54,145 nt of DNA from a virus (IMGVR_UViG_3300043754_000035:1-54145), one strand, 5' to 3'; positions 1 to 7,925 are shown, numbered from the stretch's first letter. Translations and numbers: made by a program. Notes: generated from the letters alone by a model not told the origin.

Positions 1-127
1 CGGCGGCACCACCATCGGAGTCACCCGGCACGCCGCCGCCACCCTCACCCAGTACGGCGGCATGGTCACCGCACTCCTCGTCATCGCCGTCATCATCCTC
101 CGCAAGATCCTCGACAAGCGCGCCAAG
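1..127. repeat. Terminal overlap identical to 54019-54145 (circular assembly overlap)
   Basis: Exact 127-bp identity with the window end; falls inside one continuous ORF. Confidence 0.95.
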
Positions 128-256
128 AACCAGATGGCCTCCGGCGTCTGGTGCGGCTGCACCCTCGGCCTCTCCGCAGGAGCCGCCGGCCTCACCGCCG
201 CCGTCCTCATCCCCGCCGCCAACCAGCTCGGCGTGATCCTCGGCGGCCAAGCATGA
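1..256 (+). CDS. 3' part of multi-pass membrane protein starting at 53726 (Spd-like)
   Basis: Frame continues across the junction; hydrophobic segments; TGA overlaps ATG 253. Confidence 0.8.
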   Translation, partial: GGTTIGVTRHAAATLTQYGGMVTALLVIAVIILRKILDKRAKNQMASGVWCGCTLGLSAGAAGLTAAVLIPAANQLGVILGGQA

Positions 257-810
257 CCGCCCGCGCCGCCAACCAGCTCTACAACGGCTCCCAGATCGTC
301 GCCGCACGGGTCGGCCGCGCCTTCGTCCCCGAAGGCCGGCCCGTCGCCGCCGTAGTCCGCGTCGGCATCGCCGCGTGGCTCTCGCCGTACGTCCTCAACC
401 TCGCCCACCAGGCACCACTGTGGCTCGTCGGCGGCACCTGCGCCTGGTGCATCGCCGCCTGGCGGGCGGCCAGCCGACCGGTCACCGCGCCGACCGACGC
501 CAGCCCGCGAGCCGAACACCCTCAGGAGTTCGACCCGGACGACGTCCGGTCAGAGTTCATGAGGCTCCTCGGCTACAAGCTGGCCGACCGGAAGGGCGTC
601 CACCTCGCCGACATCGCCGAGGAACTCCACGCCCAAGGCATGACCGAGTGGGACGCCCCTGCCCTCCGCCGCCAGTACGAGGCGTACGGCATCCCCGTCC
701 GCCCCCAGCTCTACATCGACGGCCGCAACCGCGCCGGCATCCACCGCGACGACCTCCAGCCGCTGCCCCTCCCCCAGGAGAGGGCCGAGGCCCTCGCCGA
801 ACCGGCCTAG
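253..810 (+). CDS. Membrane protein with C-terminal wHTH-like domain resembling the TraB DNA-binding tail, no ATPase
   Basis: ATGA overlap; two N-terminal hydrophobic segments, Pro-rich linker, C-terminal ...ALRRQYEAYGIPVRPQLYIDGRNRAGIHRDDL. Confidence 0.65.
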   Translation: MTARAANQLYNGSQIVAARVGRAFVPEGRPVAAVVRVGIAAWLSPYVLNLAHQAPLWLVGGTCAWCIAAWRAASRPVTAPTDASPRAEHPQEFDPDDVRSEFMRLLGYKLADRKGVHLADIAEELHAQGMTEWDAPALRRQYEAYGIPVRPQLYIDGRNRAGIHRDDLQPLPLPQERAEALAEPA

Positions 811-877
811 CGCCCTATGAGCTGCGAAAACACTCGCCGCCTAGTAGCCCTAGCCGAGCCCTAGACACCCCGACTAC
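805..877. repeat. Cluster of GCC(C)TAG direct repeats (clt-like candidate)
   Basis: GCCTAG 805 and 839, GCCCTAT 812, AGCCCTAG 846 and 857; CTAG is otherwise scarce. Confidence 0.6.
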
Positions 878-890
878 CCGGGAGCCCGCC

Positions 891-1019
891 ATGGACAAAG
901 CCGTCGTCGCCCTCATCCTCATGGCGATCTGCGGGGGCTTCGTGGCGGGCTACTGGGGCCTGTGCTGGCTCTACGAAACCGCCATCCACGCCGTCAAGCG
1001 CCTCCGGAGACACCGATGA
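891..1019 (+). CDS. Small membrane protein (42 aa)
   Basis: GGAG RBS; one hydrophobic helix and basic tail. Confidence 0.65.
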   Translation: MDKAVVALILMAICGGFVAGYWGLCWLYETAIHAVKRLRRHR

Positions 1020-1120
1020 TCCACCGCCTGATAACCGCCCTTACCGCCGCCTGGGCCACCTGCCCGCACTGCGGCTGGTGGGTCCAGCCCGGCCACACCT
1101 GCCACCCCGCCAACCGCTAA
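1016..1120 (+). CDS. Small Cys/His peptide MIHRLITALTAAWATCPHCGWWVQPGHTCHPANR
   Basis: ATGA overlap with previous stop; CxxC...HxC. Confidence 0.5.
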   Translation: MIHRLITALTAAWATCPHCGWWVQPGHTCHPANR

Positions 1121-1132
1121 CCGACACGCTTA

Positions 1133-1175
1133 ATGCACCCCCCGCATTGACATCTCTATGTGGGGGGTGCATATT
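1133..1175 (+). promoter_or_regulatory. Housekeeping-sigma promoter overlapped by an inverted-repeat operator
   Basis: TTGACA 1147-1152, 17 bp, CATATT 1170-1175; IR atgcaccccccgca / tgtggggggtgcat (13/14). Confidence 0.65.
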
Positions 1176-1211
1176 TGGATTCGAAGCTGGCCCACTACCC
1201 CGGAGGCAACC

Positions 1212-1724
1212 ATGGCCGTCCCCGCCAACACCAAGGTCGGCGACCGCTACCGCGATCGAGGCGGCGGCACGCACATCGTCGTCGGAATGCAGGGACGGAT
1301 GCCCATGCTGATCGAGGACTTCGAGATCCTCGACGACCCGGCCGGATTCGAATGGGACGCCTCCACCTGGGAGTGGGCCGAGAGCCACTGGGGCCCGCTC
1401 GAGCCGATCGACTCCGACCGGCGCATGACCGAGGCCGTCCTCGCCCGCTCAACCCAGAAGGACGCCATCGACGAGATCATGGCCGCGGTCCCCCCGGCTC
1501 AGCACCGCGACATGGTCAACGGCCTTCACGCCGTGCACCAATACACCGCGCAGCTCACCGAAGCACAGGCCCAGTTGGAGCGAATCGCCGCCGACCGCGC
1601 CCGGGAACTCCGCAAGCTCGTCGCGATCTTCGGCACGCAGGCCAAGACCGCCACCGTCCTCGGAATCAACCAGTCCACCCTCAGCCGCGCCCTCCGCCCG
1701 CGAGAGGGAGACAAGAGCGAATGA
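1212..1724 (+). CDS. Protein with C-terminal HTH DNA-binding domain
   Basis: GGAGG RBS; GTQAKTATVLGINQSTLSRAL. Confidence 0.75.
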   Translation: MAVPANTKVGDRYRDRGGGTHIVVGMQGRMPMLIEDFEILDDPAGFEWDASTWEWAESHWGPLEPIDSDRRMTEAVLARSTQKDAIDEIMAAVPPAQHRDMVNGLHAVHQYTAQLTEAQAQLERIAADRARELRKLVAIFGTQAKTATVLGINQSTLSRALRPREGDKSE

Positions 1725-1963
1725 CCGACACGGCCGCCCCTGACACCTGTCGGGGCGGCCACCGCTGCGAGAGGATGAGCACCATGACGCACGAGGAACT
1801 GATCGACGGCATCGCACGCTTCCCAGAGGCGCGGGCATCGGTACTGCCGAGCTGGGACCAGGCGGCCGAGGCCCTGCGCGCCGTCGGCACCGCAGGCCCC
1901 AGCCTGTCCGCCTTCTTCGCGGCCCAGGCGGACAAGGCCGACGACGCGCCCGAGGAAGGCTGA
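1721..1963 (+). CDS. Hypothetical protein
   Basis: ATGA overlap; start could be 1774 or 1783. Confidence 0.55.
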   Translation: MTDTAAPDTCRGGHRCERMSTMTHEELIDGIARFPEARASVLPSWDQAAEALRAVGTAGPSLSAFFAAQADKADDAPEEG

Positions 1964-1968
1964 GCACC

Positions 1969-2514
1969 ATGAACTCCCGCTACATCGTGCTGCTGTCCCA
2001 CCACGACGGCTCCGGACCAATCCAGGCATTCGGGCCGTACGACACCGAGGCCCAGGGCAAGACCGCGATGGCCGAGCTCCAGAACCTTCCGGCCCTCCGC
2101 GACACCGGCCGCTGGGAAGTACTGCCGTGCACCGTGACCGCCGACGAAATCCGAGCTGAGGTAAACGAGGTAGTTCAGAACGGAACTGTCCAGGTGACGG
2201 TCGCCTTTGAGTCCGCCGCTGAGACTGATGGCGGCGCAGCGGTGACCAATCCCAACCGGCCCTTCGATCGATGGGTCATCGAACCTAACAACCTCTACCA
2301 GCACACCTACAAGATCAACCCCGACTACGGCCTGAACGTCTGGGACCTTGACGTCACAGTCCACGACAGCACCGGAGCCGAAGTCACGCCCGACCGGTTC
2401 GAGGTAGACCGTGAACTGACATACAAGCTGACGGTCCTCCCAGCCGAAGACGTCTCCTACCCCGTCACCGTGACGCTCTGGCGGGCATCCGAGAGAGGAT
2501 GCGGCAAGCCATGA
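1969..2514 (+). CDS. Hypothetical protein
   Basis: Tightly packed ORF with protein-like composition. Confidence 0.7.
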   Translation: MNSRYIVLLSHHDGSGPIQAFGPYDTEAQGKTAMAELQNLPALRDTGRWEVLPCTVTADEIRAEVNEVVQNGTVQVTVAFESAAETDGGAAVTNPNRPFDRWVIEPNNLYQHTYKINPDYGLNVWDLDVTVHDSTGAEVTPDRFEVDRELTYKLTVLPAEDVSYPVTVTLWRASERGCGKP

Positions 2515-2927
2515 CCGACGACCTGGTGGCGTTCCTCCGCGCACGCCTCGACGAAGACGAGCAGACGGCGCGGGCCGCTTCGGCGGGGCCCTGGCGCGTC
2601 AACAGCGAGACGTACGCCGAGAAGATCTCGGACGCAACGGGAACCGACATCGTCGCCGGCGGCCGATGGGGCGGCGAGGCCTCGGTGTTCGAGTCGACTG
2701 AGGACGCGCTGCACATCGCCCGCCACGATCCCGCGAGGGTGCTGGCCGACGTCTACGTCAAGCGGTGCATCATCGACCAGTTCACGATGATCGAGCTTCC
2801 GGCCGAGTCCAACGGCGACACCGCCGCTGTCGGCGCGTACGTCAAGATGACAGGCGTACTGAGGCTGCTCGCCCTGCCGTGGCGTGAGCATCCCGACTAC
2901 CGGTCCGAGTGGGCACCGGAGGTCTGA
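2511..2927 (+). CDS. DUF6221-like actinophage protein
   Basis: MTDDLVAFLRARLDEDE...HDPARVLADV...LALPWREHPDYRSEW. Confidence 0.8.
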   Translation: MTDDLVAFLRARLDEDEQTARAASAGPWRVNSETYAEKISDATGTDIVAGGRWGGEASVFESTEDALHIARHDPARVLADVYVKRCIIDQFTMIELPAESNGDTAAVGAYVKMTGVLRLLALPWREHPDYRSEWAPEV

Positions 2928-3018
2928 ACGCCAGCGCGCCACAGCATTTCCGAACCACCTGCCACAGCGTCACCACATGCGGAAGGATGGCGCCGCCCAT
3001 CCCCGCAGAGGAGACACC

Positions 3019-3111
3019 GTGGAACCCTGGCACTTCGTCGTCATCGGCCTCGCCATCCTGGCCGCCATCATCTGGGCCATAACCGCCGCCATCCGCTCCA
3101 ACCGGCGCTGA
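3019..3111 (+). CDS. Small membrane peptide (30 aa)
   Basis: GAGGAG RBS, GTG, single TM helix. Confidence 0.55.
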   Translation: MEPWHFVVIGLAILAAIIWAITAAIRSNRR

Positions 3112-3142
3112 CCTGTCCCGGCCGCCTGCCACCCTCCAACGT

Positions 3143-3266
3143 GAGGCACTGACGGGCCGCTGGCCTCCCCCCGAGGCGGCACCGCGGTGACGGTTGTGGA
3201 TGGGTGGTCCACGCGCAGCCCCCGGAACCATCGCTCCGGGGGCTGACCCATGCGGCCCGTAGCCTC
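3143..3266 (+). ncRNA. Candidate multi-branched structured RNA / cis element
   Basis: Outer stem 3152-3160/3252-3260 (plus 3143-47/3262-66) enclosing short hairpins and an 11-bp hairpin 3216-3245. Confidence 0.35.
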
Positions 3267-3286
3267 GGCGATCGAGGGGAGGCAGC

Positions 3287-3778
3287 ATGGACGAGCAACG
3301 CCAGGCCGACGCAACGCACGGCGGCGACGGCAAGTACACCCGCACCACCGACACGGCCGAGCGCGACGCCGAAGCCGCCCGCCTCCGATCCCGTGGCCTG
3401 TCGTACCGGCAGATCGCAGCCCAGCTGGGCATGGACGTCGGCAACGCCCACCGAGCGGTGCAGCGTGCTATGGCTGCGATCGTCGCCGAGCCGGCCGCCG
3501 ACGCCATCGCGTTCGAGCTGGACCGCCTGGACCAGCTGTACCGCGCGGCCTTGGCGGTGTTGGAGGCCCGGCACATCACCGTGTCGAACGGCAGGGTGGT
3601 GGAGCTTGACGGTGTGCCGCTGCCGGATGACGGCCCGGTGTTGCAGGCGATTGACCGGCTGGTGCGGATCAGCGAGTCGCGGCGGAAGCTGCTGGGCCTG
3701 GACCAGCCGGTGAAGGCTCAGGTGTCGGGTGGGCTGACGTACGAGGTGGTTGGCGTCGACATGGAGCAGCTGCGGTGA
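3287..3778 (+). CDS. HTH protein, probable terminase small subunit
   Basis: GGAGG RBS; HTH LRSRGLSYRQIAAQLG; helical ...RRKLLGLD C-terminus; upstream of TerL. Confidence 0.65.
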   Translation: MDEQRQADATHGGDGKYTRTTDTAERDAEAARLRSRGLSYRQIAAQLGMDVGNAHRAVQRAMAAIVAEPAADAIAFELDRLDQLYRAALAVLEARHITVSNGRVVELDGVPLPDDGPVLQAIDRLVRISESRRKLLGLDQPVKAQVSGGLTYEVVGVDMEQLR

Positions 3779-3861
3779 CGGCGTTGGCGTGGTGGCTGGC
3801 GGCGGTCGTCTTGGCGTTCGTGCTCGGGTTGGACATCGGCCGAGACAATCCGCGTCGGTGA
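3775..3861 (+). CDS. Small membrane peptide (28 aa)
   Basis: GTGA overlap; VTALAWWLAAVVLAFVLGLDIG. Confidence 0.4.
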   Translation: MTALAWWLAAVVLAFVLGLDIGRDNPRR

Positions 3862-3939
3862 GCGGCGACCGGCGGCGGTAGTTGTCCCGGGTGGTCATCA
3901 CACTTCCTGCAGGATCACTTGATGACTGCGGAGGTATCG

Positions 3940-4422
3940 GTGGCTGACTCGGAGGAGTGGCTGACCCCGGCGGAGACGGCGGCGCTCACGAAGCTGAGCG
4001 TTGGGACGCTGGCGAACCACCGGTACCTGGGGATCGGCATCCCGTTCACGAAGATCACGCCTGGTCGCGGCGGCCGCATCCGGTACCGGCGCAGCGATGT
4101 CGAGCGCTGGCTCACTGGCGGGGACGGGCGGGGACGGGCGGGAGGCGCGGTGAGCGCGCGGGACGAGCTGATCAAGCTGATCGCGGGCGGATCAAGCTGC
4201 GGCGGCCACTACAACTGCGGCCCGCTCGCGGAGGACTTGAGAGACGCGGCCGAGGAACTCGACGCGTTCGTGCACGAGCTCGCCGAGAAGCAGCGCGCCT
4301 GGCAGGCCGCGTACGAGACGGCTGAGCTGGCCAAGCACGGGTCCCTGGACCACGAGACCATCTTGCAGGGCAACGCGGTCCGGGCGGCCGCCGACCTGAT
4401 CGACCCGAAGGTGAAGCAGTGA
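3940..4422 (+). CDS. Excisionase/AlpA-like HTH fused in frame to a second hypothetical ORF (internal start 4150)
   Basis: WLTPAETAALTKLSVGTLANHRY...RIRYRRSDVERWL; GGAGG RBS before both 3940 and 4150. Confidence 0.7.
   Translation: MADSEEWLTPAETAALTKLSVGTLANHRYLGIGIPFTKITPGRGGRIRYRRSDVERWLTGGDGRGRAGGAVSARDELIKLIAGGSSCGGHYNCGPLAEDLRDAAEELDAFVHELAEKQRAWQAAYETAELAKHGSLDHETILQGNAVRAAADLIDPKVKQ
4121..4140. repeat. 10-bp tandem duplication GGGACGGGCG x2
   Basis: Exact tandem copies. Confidence 0.85.
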
Positions 4423-4622
4423 ACGACACCCATCCCCGCCGCATCCTCGTCGAACGCCCCAGCGAGATCGTCATCCTCGCCGCGCGGCACCTCGACAGCA
4501 CCGAAGGCATCGGACGTGCCGGACACCTGCTCACCGCGTCCGACGTCGGGGCCATCAACACCGTGCTGCGGTACGTGGCCCGCGCCCACAACAGCCCCGA
4601 CCACAACGGAGAGCAGCAGTGA
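4419..4622 (+). CDS. Hypothetical protein
   Basis: GTGA overlaps at both ends. Confidence 0.65.
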   Translation: MNDTHPRRILVERPSEIVILAARHLDSTEGIGRAGHLLTASDVGAINTVLRYVARAHNSPDHNGEQQ

Positions 4623-4915
4623 ACGACTACCCGCACCTGCTGCCGAGCAGCAACCGGGCCGCACGCGACCGCATCGAAGCCGCAATCCACGACATCCCCT
4701 GGCCCGAACAGCGCTGCATCGACGCCACTGGCGACCACCAGCGCCGCATCGCCGCCGGCATCCTGCGGAAGGCGTTCATGCCGGAGCTGGCCCGGATGCG
4801 GGCGGCCGAGGAGACGCTGCAGCGCGTCCGGAAGGTGGCCCGGCAGTACCGCGAGGACGAGGCCGTGCCCGTGCGGCGGCTGCTCGCAGCCCTGTACGGG
4901 GAGGAACGGCCGTGA
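4619..4915 (+). CDS. Hypothetical protein
   Basis: GTGA overlaps, RBS. Confidence 0.7.
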   Translation: MNDYPHLLPSSNRAARDRIEAAIHDIPWPEQRCIDATGDHQRRIAAGILRKAFMPELARMRAAEETLQRVRKVARQYREDEAVPVRRLLAALYGEERP

Positions 4916-5058
4916 GCGACGAGCCACTACCCGCCGACTTCCAGCACACGCCCTGCGGCGGCTGGTGCCTCGGAGACTGCCCAGGCTGCTGCGCCTGCGG
5001 ACGACGCGGCTGCTCTGGCTGCGTCAGGGGCGACGCCATCGACGAGGAGGGCCAGTGA
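4912..5058 (+). CDS. Small Cys-rich protein (8 Cys in 48 aa)
   Basis: GGAGG RBS, GTGA overlaps; CGGWCLGDCPGCCACGRRGCSGC. Confidence 0.6.
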   Translation: MSDEPLPADFQHTPCGGWCLGDCPGCCACGRRGCSGCVRGDAIDEEGQ

Positions 5059-5288
5059 GCGACGAGACATTGCGCATCGAGGCGGGCGAGCTTCGCCGGG
5101 TGGACGTGCGGCCCGGCGACCTGTTCGTGCTGACCGTGGCCCAGAACATGACCGTTGAGCAGGTGGCCGAACTGGGCGCCAGCTGGCGCGACCGGGTCGG
5201 CGAGGTGCCGCTCATCGTGCTGCCGCGCGGCACTGAGCTGTCTGTGTTCCGCCGGGTCGACCCTGACGAGACGGAGGACGCCTCGTGA
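5055..5288 (+). CDS. Hypothetical protein
   Basis: GGAGG RBS, GTGA overlap. Confidence 0.7.
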   Translation: MSDETLRIEAGELRRVDVRPGDLFVLTVAQNMTVEQVAELGASWRDRVGEVPLIVLPRGTELSVFRRVDPDETEDAS

Positions 5289-5443
5289 TCGTCGAGTTCG
5301 AGGTCAGCGGCCCGTTCCAGAAGCGACCGGGCTGGTACCGCAGCAACGTGACCGTCATCCGACTCTGGTGGGCATGGTTCGCAGTCGCTCTGATCAGGGG
5401 CGATTCCAGCACCCGCCGCCGCTACACCTGGGAGCAGCAGTGA
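5285..5443 (+). CDS. Hypothetical protein (52 aa)
   Basis: GGAGG RBS, GTGA overlaps at both ends. Confidence 0.55.
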   Translation: MIVEFEVSGPFQKRPGWYRSNVTVIRLWWAWFAVALIRGDSSTRRRYTWEQQ

Positions 5444-5787
5444 ACGAGCCCATCACCGAACTCGCAGCCCGCGTCCGCGCTGGCCTCCTGGCCGACGAGC
5501 AGACGGCGAAGGCCCTACTCGGCGCTGCCCGCATGATCGGCAAGACGCCGAACTTCTTCGGTGCTGGCGGACCCGCGGCGGAAGCGCTCTGGCAGCGCTT
5601 CACCGAAGGCCGCGTGCTGGCAGACGTGGCAGCGAAGCGGGCCCTGCTCGACGAGGCACTCGACTGGGAACACGGCCACGCCTTCAACGGCGAGGGCTGC
5701 CCCGTCGACCCCTGCCTCTGCGGCCGGGACGAGCGGGTTCGCGCCGTCCTCACCCTGCTCGCACAGCCCTACCGGGACGTGTCATGA
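5440..5787 (+). CDS. Second DUF6221-like protein
   Basis: LAARVRAGLLADE...RVLADVAAKRALL...LLAQPY. Confidence 0.7.
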   Translation: MNEPITELAARVRAGLLADEQTAKALLGAARMIGKTPNFFGAGGPAAEALWQRFTEGRVLADVAAKRALLDEALDWEHGHAFNGEGCPVDPCLCGRDERVRAVLTLLAQPYRDVS

Positions 5788-5912
5788 AGCGCCGACTGAT
5801 CTGGGGCCGCCCGGAGTTCGGCATCCCGCCCGGCGTCGCGAAGTTCGGCTTCTTCGCTGGCCTGGTGGCCGCCGTGGTCCTGCTGGCGCTGCCGCTGCTG
5901 GTCGGGAGGTAG
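5784..5912 (+). CDS. Small membrane protein (42 aa)
   Basis: ATGA overlap; C-terminal TM helix. Confidence 0.55.
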   Translation: MKRRLIWGRPEFGIPPGVAKFGFFAGLVAAVVLLALPLLVGR

Positions 5913-5914
5913 CG

Positions 5915-6211
5915 GTGACCGCGCACCCCATCGCCGAGAACCACGGCCACTGGTGGCTGACCTGCGGCAAGTGGCGACGCCTCCACGCCATCCCCGGCAC
6001 GGTGCTGATGGCCGACCAGATGCGCGACCACATCGACCACGGCACCCGGCCCGTCCTGCACGCCGCTTGCACCCTGCGCCGCCGCTGGTCGATGCCCGGC
6101 ATGTTCAGCCGCCTCAGCACGCCACGCTGCACCGCCTGCTGCACGGCGCTCGGCATCCCGCCCGGCAACGGAACACCCGCCAACGAGAACTACCGCCAGG
6201 AGCAGCAGTGA
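5915..6211 (+). CDS. Hypothetical Cys/His (Zn-binding) protein
   Basis: GGAGG RBS; LH...AAC...RCTACC. Confidence 0.65.
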   Translation: MTAHPIAENHGHWWLTCGKWRRLHAIPGTVLMADQMRDHIDHGTRPVLHAACTLRRRWSMPGMFSRLSTPRCTACCTALGIPPGNGTPANENYRQEQQ

Positions 6212-6399
6212 GCGAGTACCGCGACATCACCCCGACCTGCCGCGCGAACCGCGGTGACTACCCGGCCTTCGACCAGGCCGTTCACGACCTGTGGCACGCC
6301 TATGGAGTCCTGCTCCACCGCCACCCGGGCGCCACGTTCCGCCTTACGATCGCTCGCATCCCGGCGCAGACCGAGTCGGGTGGCGAGGCCGAGCAGTGA
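6208..6399 (+). CDS. Hypothetical protein
   Basis: GTGA overlap, AGGAG RBS. Confidence 0.6.
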   Translation: MSEYRDITPTCRANRGDYPAFDQAVHDLWHAYGVLLHRHPGATFRLTIARIPAQTESGGEAEQ

Positions 6400-6508
6400 C
6401 CACCGCCGCCTCGGTGCGCCAGCATCAGCCGCGCGGCGTAGCGCCCGTTACCGGGCCCGAGAACACCACCGCCCGACTCTGCAACGGATTCCCTGGAGAT
6501 GGCCCAGC

Positions 6509-7894
6509 GTGAGTAACACCGTCCGCAGCTACCAGCCGCGCGGCGCAGCACTCGAAGCGTTCCACACCCGCGCGGCCGAGGTGCTGCTGAGCGGCCCGGC
6601 CGGTACGGGCAAGTCGAGGGCGTGCCTGGAGAAGCTGCACATGATGGCGCTCGTCAACCCGGGCATGCGCGGGCTGATCGTGCGGAAGACGAGGGAGTCG
6701 TTGGGCTCGACGGCGCTGGTGACGTGGCGCGAGCACGTGATCAAGGAGGCGCTGGAGAAGGGCCTCGTGTACTTCTACGGCGGCAGCGCGGAGGAGCCGC
6801 CGCAGTACCGGTACGTGAACAACAAGTCGGCGATCATCATTGGCGGGATGGACAAACCCACCAAGATCATGTCTTCCGAGTACGACGTCGTCTACGCCCA
6901 GGAAGCCACCGAACTCACCGTCACCGACTGGGAGAACATCACGACCCGACTCCGCAACGGAAAAGTCTCGTTCCAGCAGCTGATCGCCGACTGCAACCCC
7001 GACACCCCCACCCACTGGCTCAAGCAGCGATGCGACCGCGGCGACACCCTCATGATCCACTGCCGCCACGAGGACAACCCCACCCTCTTCACCAACGACG
7101 GCATCCTCACCGCCCGCGGGCGCGCCTACATCGCCAAGCTTGAACGCCTCACCGGCGTCCGCTTCCAGCGACTCCGCAAAGGCCTGTGGGTCGCAGCCGA
7201 AGGCCTCATCTACGAGGACTTCGACCCCACGGTCCACCTCGTCAACCCGTTCCCCATCCCCGCGTCGTGGTCCAGGTGGTGGGTGGTTGATTTCGGGTTC
7301 ACCAACCCGTTCGTCCTGCAGTGCTGGGCCGAAGACCCCGACGGCCGCCTCTGGCTGTACCGCGAGATCTACCGCACCAAGCGCCTCGTCGAAGACCATG
7401 CCAAGCACATCCTCCGCTTGGTCCGCCGATGCGCAGCGTGCTGCGAGTCCAAGGCCAAGGACCACGACTGCCACGACTGCAAGGCCTGCCGCCTCGAATG
7501 GACCGAGCCCCGGCCGCGCGCGGTCATCTGCGACCACGACGCCGAGGACCGCGCCACCTTGGAGCGCCACCTCGGCATGGGCACCAGCCCGGCGAAGAAG
7601 ACCGTCAAGGACGGCATCCAAGCCGTCCAATCCCGGCTCCGCCCCGCAGGCGACGGCAAGCCGCGCCTGTTCATCCTCCGCGACGCGCTTGTCGAACGTG
7701 ACCCCGAGCTCGAGGACGCCAAGAAGCCCTGCTCCACCGCTGAGGAGATCGTCGGCTACATCTGGGACGCCCAGCCCGGCAAGCCCCCGAAGGAGGCGCC
7801 GGTGAAGGAGAACGACCACGGCATGGACGACATGCGCTACATCGTCGCCGAGCTCGACCTCGGCGGCCGACCACGGGTGCGCACGCTGGGCTGA
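6509..7894 (+). CDS. terL: Terminase large subunit
   Basis: Walker A GPAGTGKS, Walker B-like YDVVYAQE, NP motif, nuclease VDFGFTNP and DHGMDDMRY; precedes portal. Confidence 0.93.
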   Translation: MSNTVRSYQPRGAALEAFHTRAAEVLLSGPAGTGKSRACLEKLHMMALVNPGMRGLIVRKTRESLGSTALVTWREHVIKEALEKGLVYFYGGSAEEPPQYRYVNNKSAIIIGGMDKPTKIMSSEYDVVYAQEATELTVTDWENITTRLRNGKVSFQQLIADCNPDTPTHWLKQRCDRGDTLMIHCRHEDNPTLFTNDGILTARGRAYIAKLERLTGVRFQRLRKGLWVAAEGLIYEDFDPTVHLVNPFPIPASWSRWWVVDFGFTNPFVLQCWAEDPDGRLWLYREIYRTKRLVEDHAKHILRLVRRCAACCESKAKDHDCHDCKACRLEWTEPRPRAVICDHDAEDRATLERHLGMGTSPAKKTVKDGIQAVQSRLRPAGDGKPRLFILRDALVERDPELEDAKKPCSTAEEIVGYIWDAQPGKPPKEAPVKENDHGMDDMRYIVAELDLGGRPRVRTLG

Positions 7895-7925
7895 CCGGTC
7901 GGGGCCGATTCCTACCGTCAACGCC

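Noticed and set aside
6509-7894. Intein or intron in TerL
   Set aside because: Normal length, no splicing motifs; only a short Cys-rich insert
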